From the IMG/VR virus record IMGVR_UViG_3300027582_000004: a stretch of 58,680 bases of DNA; one strand, given 5' to 3'. Position 1 is the stretch's first letter. Every line of letters begins with the position of its first letter. Under the pieces are notes generated by a model. It was given only the letters and a program-made list of their open reading frames with translations. It was not told the origin of the DNA and made no database searches. The translations under genes and the position numbers were made by a program. The DNA comes from an uncultured virus (IMG/VR IMGVR_UViG_3300027582_000004) (taxonomy: Duplodnaviria; Heunggongvirae; Uroviricota; Caudoviricetes). Positions 54,475-58,680 of this stretch are shown piece by piece.

Positions 54475-55518
54475 ATGACTAACAGCCGTTCACCATCATC
54501 CTTTCTTTTAGCATTTCCACTAGGTAATGATCCGAAAGAATATCCAGGAAAGATAACCTTTGAACAAATTAAGATAACAGCTCTCAATGCAGGCAGATTA
54601 TTTGCCTTAGGTGAGCAAATTGTTGTTGATAAAGAGACTAATGAAAAAATTTCATTTGATTCACGTGCTCAAGGTATTGGTACTGGCGCTAATGAATTAA
54701 CTGGATTAGATCAACTTGCCGAGACAAATAGAGGTGCTATTGATGTTGCTACTACTACTAACAAAGCGGTAGCACTACAAACCGTAAAAAGAACACCAAG
54801 AGCAGGCAATACAGCAACTAGCCCTGATACACCAAAGATACAATTATATCTTCCGCCAAACATTAACTTCCGTGATGGTATTTCATATAGTGATACAACT
54901 AATCTCGGTGCTATTGGTGCAAGTGTCCAAGGTTCTGTTGAATCAGGATCAACTGTTGGTAAAGCTGCCTTTGATGCATTTAAGACCAGCTCAAAGGGTT
55001 TGATTGATGGTATGGTAAAAGGTATGGCAGATGAAGCTGGTGCTGTTGCTGCAGTAAGAGTTGCAAATAGATTTTCAAGTTTTGAAAAAACAAATGCTGC
55101 CTTAGGTGCAGCTACACGTGTAGCAATGAACCCTAATACAAGAACACAATTCCAATCTGTTCCGGTTCGTAGTTTTGCATTCCAATTTAAAATGATACCT
55201 AATAGTGCAACAGAAGTTAAACAAATCGAAGCAATCATTAAAAGATTCCGTACAGTTATGTACCCTGATGAGATTGGTGCAGATGCAATCAGTCTTGGTT
55301 ATAGATTTCCTGATCCGTTTGAGATTAAGATGTTCTATAATAATTCAGAAGTCTTTACCAGAATACTCCCATCTTATTTAAGAGATATTAATGTAACATA
55401 TAACACAAGTGGTATGGGTTTCCATGAAGATGGTGGATTTACAGATGTTGATGTCTCACTTACATTTACAGAATCAAGACCTCTTAACAAAGATGATGTA
55501 GTCAGAGGAGGTTACTAA
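54475..55518 (+). CDS. 48: baseplate tail tube cap gp48
   Basis: IQLYLPP, NPNTRTQF...RSFAFQFKMIPNS..E, LTFTE. Confidence 0.8.
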   Translation: MTNSRSPSSFLLAFPLGNDPKEYPGKITFEQIKITALNAGRLFALGEQIVVDKETNEKISFDSRAQGIGTGANELTGLDQLAETNRGAIDVATTTNKAVALQTVKRTPRAGNTATSPDTPKIQLYLPPNINFRDGISYSDTTNLGAIGASVQGSVESGSTVGKAAFDAFKTSSKGLIDGMVKGMADEAGAVAAVRVANRFSSFEKTNAALGAATRVAMNPNTRTQFQSVPVRSFAFQFKMIPNSATEVKQIEAIIKRFRTVMYPDEIGADAISLGYRFPDPFEIKMFYNNSEVFTRILPSYLRDINVTYNTSGMGFHEDGGFTDVDVSLTFTESRPLNKDDVVRGGY

Positions 55519-56249
55519 TGTTTTTTAAAAACTTAAATAAAACTGTTTATAACTTTGGTGATAATGAGTCAGGTGTTCTCTTTCAAGTATTAAATACATA
55601 CGCAGATTTACTAGGTAATATTTCTGATGATGTAACATTCTATGAGAAATATACTGTACCGCAGGGCGATAGACCAGATACACTATCATATAAACTATAT
55701 GGTACAACCGATTACTATTGGACATTCTTTCTTCTCAATCAAAAGCTACGAGAAGGTGGTTGGCCATTAGATCAGAATACGTTGTTTGAAACAGCAAAGA
55801 AAAACTATCCATATCGTATGCTCACTACAGCTACTAACATTGGCAATACAAACTTTAAGATTGGTCAAGTTGTTACTGGATCAATCTCTGGTGTTGGTGG
55901 TATGATTAAAGAAGTGTTACTTGATTTAGGACAATTAGTAGTAGATACAGGTGGGGAAAATAACTTTAATGTTGGCGAGAGTGTAAATACAGGTGAGGGT
56001 GGTGAAACACAAACACTTATATGTTCGGGAGACGGACCCCAATATACTGCAGTACACCACTACGAGAATGCAGATGGCGAGTGGGTAGATATAGATCCTC
56101 ATACACAATCAATACCTGCAGGGTACAGTGCTGTTTCATATCTGGATAGACTTATTAGGTTCAATGAAAATCAATCTGAAATCGTAGTATTAAATGCTAA
56201 AGTCGTACAAGAAGTTGCATCTCAATTTGAATCAATCATTAAAGGTTAA
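55518..56249 (+). CDS. 53: baseplate wedge subunit gp53
   Basis: GDRPDTLSYKLYG...YYWTFFLLN...WP, HHYE. Confidence 0.85.
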   Translation: MFFKNLNKTVYNFGDNESGVLFQVLNTYADLLGNISDDVTFYEKYTVPQGDRPDTLSYKLYGTTDYYWTFFLLNQKLREGGWPLDQNTLFETAKKNYPYRMLTTATNIGNTNFKIGQVVTGSISGVGGMIKEVLLDLGQLVVDTGGENNFNVGESVNTGEGGETQTLICSGDGPQYTAVHHYENADGEWVDIDPHTQSIPAGYSAVSYLDRLIRFNENQSEIVVLNAKVVQEVASQFESIIKG

Positions 56250-56252
56250 CCA

Positions 56253-57518
56253 ATGGCTGGTATTACACAAACTCAGTATGGTTATAATACTGTAAAATTT
56301 ATTACAAAAGATGAGTATAGTAATAATACTGTGGTTGATATTACAGCAGTAATCGCTAACCTACATTTTTTTGAGAGTTTAGGCAGAGAAGGTATTGTTG
56401 GTAGAATTTTAGTAGTAGATACCGAAAACATATTTGCACAGTTACAGATTACTGGTGTTGAAAAAATTAGAATTGATATGAACATAATTGTAGGTGAAAA
56501 GAATGTTACACCTATTCGAAGAGAATTTATGCTTACTTCTGTTTTATCTAAAGAAGTTGTAAACGATTCTACAATATCATATGTGTTTGAGTTACAAGAG
56601 CCACATATGTTTAGAGGTAAGATTGAAAAAATATCTAAAAGTTTTGTCGGAACACCATTACAGATTATAAGAAGAATTGCCAGTGGCTACTTAGCAAAGA
56701 AAGTTGATGTTACTTTAGAACCAGTACAGTCTGTTATGTCTGTAATCACACCTTATTTAACACCTCTTGGTGCAATGAAATGGATAGGCTATAGAGCAAC
56801 AGATAAAGATGGCTTTCCATATTATTTATATTCTACACTCAACAGCGAGAACCTACAGTTTAAATCATTAAGTGAGATGATGAATGCAAGGTCACATCCG
56901 TCAGACTTGAATAACAATACATATACACATAGCGGACCTACTGCACATCAAGAGAATGCTAATGAAGCAATACGTTCTATTGAATATCTAGCAGGTAATG
57001 CTGGTGGTACTACTCTTTCTTCCGTTATAAAGGGTGCTGTAGGGCAAAGGTATGAGGTTCTTGATCTTACATTCAACGAAAAGAATAACGATCCACAAGT
57101 AAGAGTAAAAGATTATTATGATGGCAATCTATACAATAAATGGGTTACCATAGACAACAAATTTATAGATGACTATGAGTCAGCCTTTACATTTGATATA
57201 CAAACACCTAGTATGACATTCGGTAACAGTTATGGATATGACGAAGATGATCTAAATAGACTTGTTACAAAGGTAGTGCGTAGAGCTATTATCACGGCAG
57301 TACAAACAGGCACCCTACAGATTAGTGTAAATGCTCATGGTTTTATGGCTAATAATATAAGAACAATTGGTCATAAAATAAATATTGTGGTATTGCAGAT
57401 GAAAGATGGTAAGATGGTTCGTGATAAGAAACAATCAGGAGAGTATCTTATTGTAGAAGCAAAACACAATTTCTATGACGAGAAACATGACCTATCATTG
57501 AAAGTGGTGAAAGTATGA
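56253..57518 (+). CDS. putative baseplate hub protein (gp27-like)
   Basis: Position between gp53 and gp5; FFESL, SGEYLIVEAKH. Confidence 0.6.
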   Translation: MAGITQTQYGYNTVKFITKDEYSNNTVVDITAVIANLHFFESLGREGIVGRILVVDTENIFAQLQITGVEKIRIDMNIIVGEKNVTPIRREFMLTSVLSKEVVNDSTISYVFELQEPHMFRGKIEKISKSFVGTPLQIIRRIASGYLAKKVDVTLEPVQSVMSVITPYLTPLGAMKWIGYRATDKDGFPYYLYSTLNSENLQFKSLSEMMNARSHPSDLNNNTYTHSGPTAHQENANEAIRSIEYLAGNAGGTTLSSVIKGAVGQRYEVLDLTFNEKNNDPQVRVKDYYDGNLYNKWVTIDNKFIDDYESAFTFDIQTPSMTFGNSYGYDEDDLNRLVTKVVRRAIITAVQTGTLQISVNAHGFMANNIRTIGHKINIVVLQMKDGKMVRDKKQSGEYLIVEAKHNFYDEKHDLSLKVVKV

Positions 57519-58369
57519 TTACTGATTTCTATGGAGACGACCTTAGATGGTGGACCGGAATTGTTGTTGATACTGCAGATCCTTATAGGGTAGGCAGAGT
57601 CAAGGTTAGAATTTATGGTATTCATAATGAAGATAAGAATGAAGTACCCGATGCAGCACTACCTTGGGCTTCTGTTACAATACCAGCCACTGAAGGTGGT
57701 GTATCAGGTGTGGGTAGACAGATGCGTTTACTACCAGGTGCGATAGTGATGGGTGTCTTTCTGGATGGTAAAAACTCCCAACAGCCTTGCGTTGTAGGTT
57801 CAATACCTAAGATAGAAAGAAGTCAACCAAGCAGTTCATCTCAAGCAGTAAGTGATCCATCAGTACCTAATATTGGTACTAGACCAAAACTTCGACCATG
57901 GACTGTATCTGATGTTGCACTCTCAGGTAATTCTAATACACAAAAAGCATATAACTTTCTTATTTCAATGGGTACCTTTACACCAATAACCGCTTCTGCT
58001 GTTATAGGAAACTTTCTAAAAGAATCCGGTATGAGAACACACGTTGTGTCAGAAGCTGTAGGTGAGTTTTCATATGGTATTGCTCAATGGAATCCAGATG
58101 CTGGAAGACTACAACAACTTGAAGAATTTGCTGCTGAAAGAAATCTACATATTAGTAATCTCAGTACACAGTTACAATTCTTTATACATGACTTTTCATC
58201 TATAGCTCCACGTTTCTATCGTTACAATGAATTTCTTGCGATGACTAACATTAATCAAGCTACAGATTTCTTCTGCGATAACTACGAGAGACCGAATGCA
58301 GCCGCAGCTGATAAACCTTCACGCAGAACATTTGCAAGACAAACTTTGGAGACATATAATGGCAGTTGA
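57515..58369 (+). CDS. 5: gp5-like OB-fold fused to a phage tail lysozyme domain
   Basis: WWTGIV..DP..GRVKVRIYG, LPWA, GVFLDG; C-terminal GNFLKES, GIAQW, QLQF, YERP. Confidence 0.8.
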   Translation: MITDFYGDDLRWWTGIVVDTADPYRVGRVKVRIYGIHNEDKNEVPDAALPWASVTIPATEGGVSGVGRQMRLLPGAIVMGVFLDGKNSQQPCVVGSIPKIERSQPSSSSQAVSDPSVPNIGTRPKLRPWTVSDVALSGNSNTQKAYNFLISMGTFTPITASAVIGNFLKESGMRTHVVSEAVGEFSYGIAQWNPDAGRLQQLEEFAAERNLHISNLSTQLQFFIHDFSSIAPRFYRYNEFLAMTNINQATDFFCDNYERPNAAAADKPSRRTFARQTLETYNGS

Positions 58370-58680
58370 TCTAGGAATCCTTAATGCCCAGTTAGGTAGT
58401 ATTACAAAAAACTCTAACATAGGTGACATTCTTGTAAAAGCACAACCAGCAGCTGATCAAGTAATAGCACAATTCCAAACTACACTCACAGAGGCTGAAA
58501 CAGTTGTAGATGGCATAAAGGCTTTATCACAAGCAACAGATATACCAAACCAAGAACTAGGTGATGCAGTAGATGCTATTGTAGAGATTACAGGAGATGT
58601 CCCAGGATTAGCTGATAAACTTATTGGTGATGTTTCAAGTGCTTCAACAGATTTAGAAAAAATTACTGGTACAGCACCAT
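58359..58680 (+). CDS. structural protein, partial (runs off the window)
   Basis: SD GGAG, MAVDLGILNAQLGSITK...; frame open to the end. Confidence 0.6.
   Translation, partial: MAVDLGILNAQLGSITKNSNIGDILVKAQPAADQVIAQFQTTLTEAETVVDGIKALSQATDIPNQELGDAVDAIVEITGDVPGLADKLIGDVSSASTDLEKITGTAP

Overview
AT-rich segment of a large T4-like myophage genome. It carries the gp41 C-terminus, gp32, gp33, rnh, gp2, gp4, gp26/51, gp48, gp53, gp54-like, gp5-like and tape-measure genes, TATAAATA late promoters and repeated TTTACA-N17-TATAAT early promoters. The host is probably a marine alphaproteobacterium, inferred from a circularly permuted two-piece tmRNA with a GGCAGUA T-loop and the tag ANENFAPSGYALAA. Accessory content: (i) a 29-codon ORF with its own SD inside the tmRNA intervening segment; (ii) a 12-gene late enzyme cluster (desaturase, several Fe/2OG oxygenases, PLP enzyme, methyltransferase, FMN reductase, peroxiredoxin, SDR); (iii) a block of proteins with T4-type capsid-targeting N-termini, including a ligase-like enzyme, a HIGH nucleotidyltransferase and a PD-(D/E)XK-like nuclease; (iv) an 8-gene glycosylation island; (v) a late operon of exported proteins resembling a chaperone/pilin system, whose pilin-like gene has an in-frame Gly/Ser linker plus Cys motif after its UGA; (vi) a probable -1 frameshift fusing gp26 to gp51 just upstream of the tape measure; (vii) a structured intergenic RNA with alternative folds; (viii) a recurring TGT-N12-ACA box upstream of promoters. 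All product calls come from motif recognition by eye; no searches were run.
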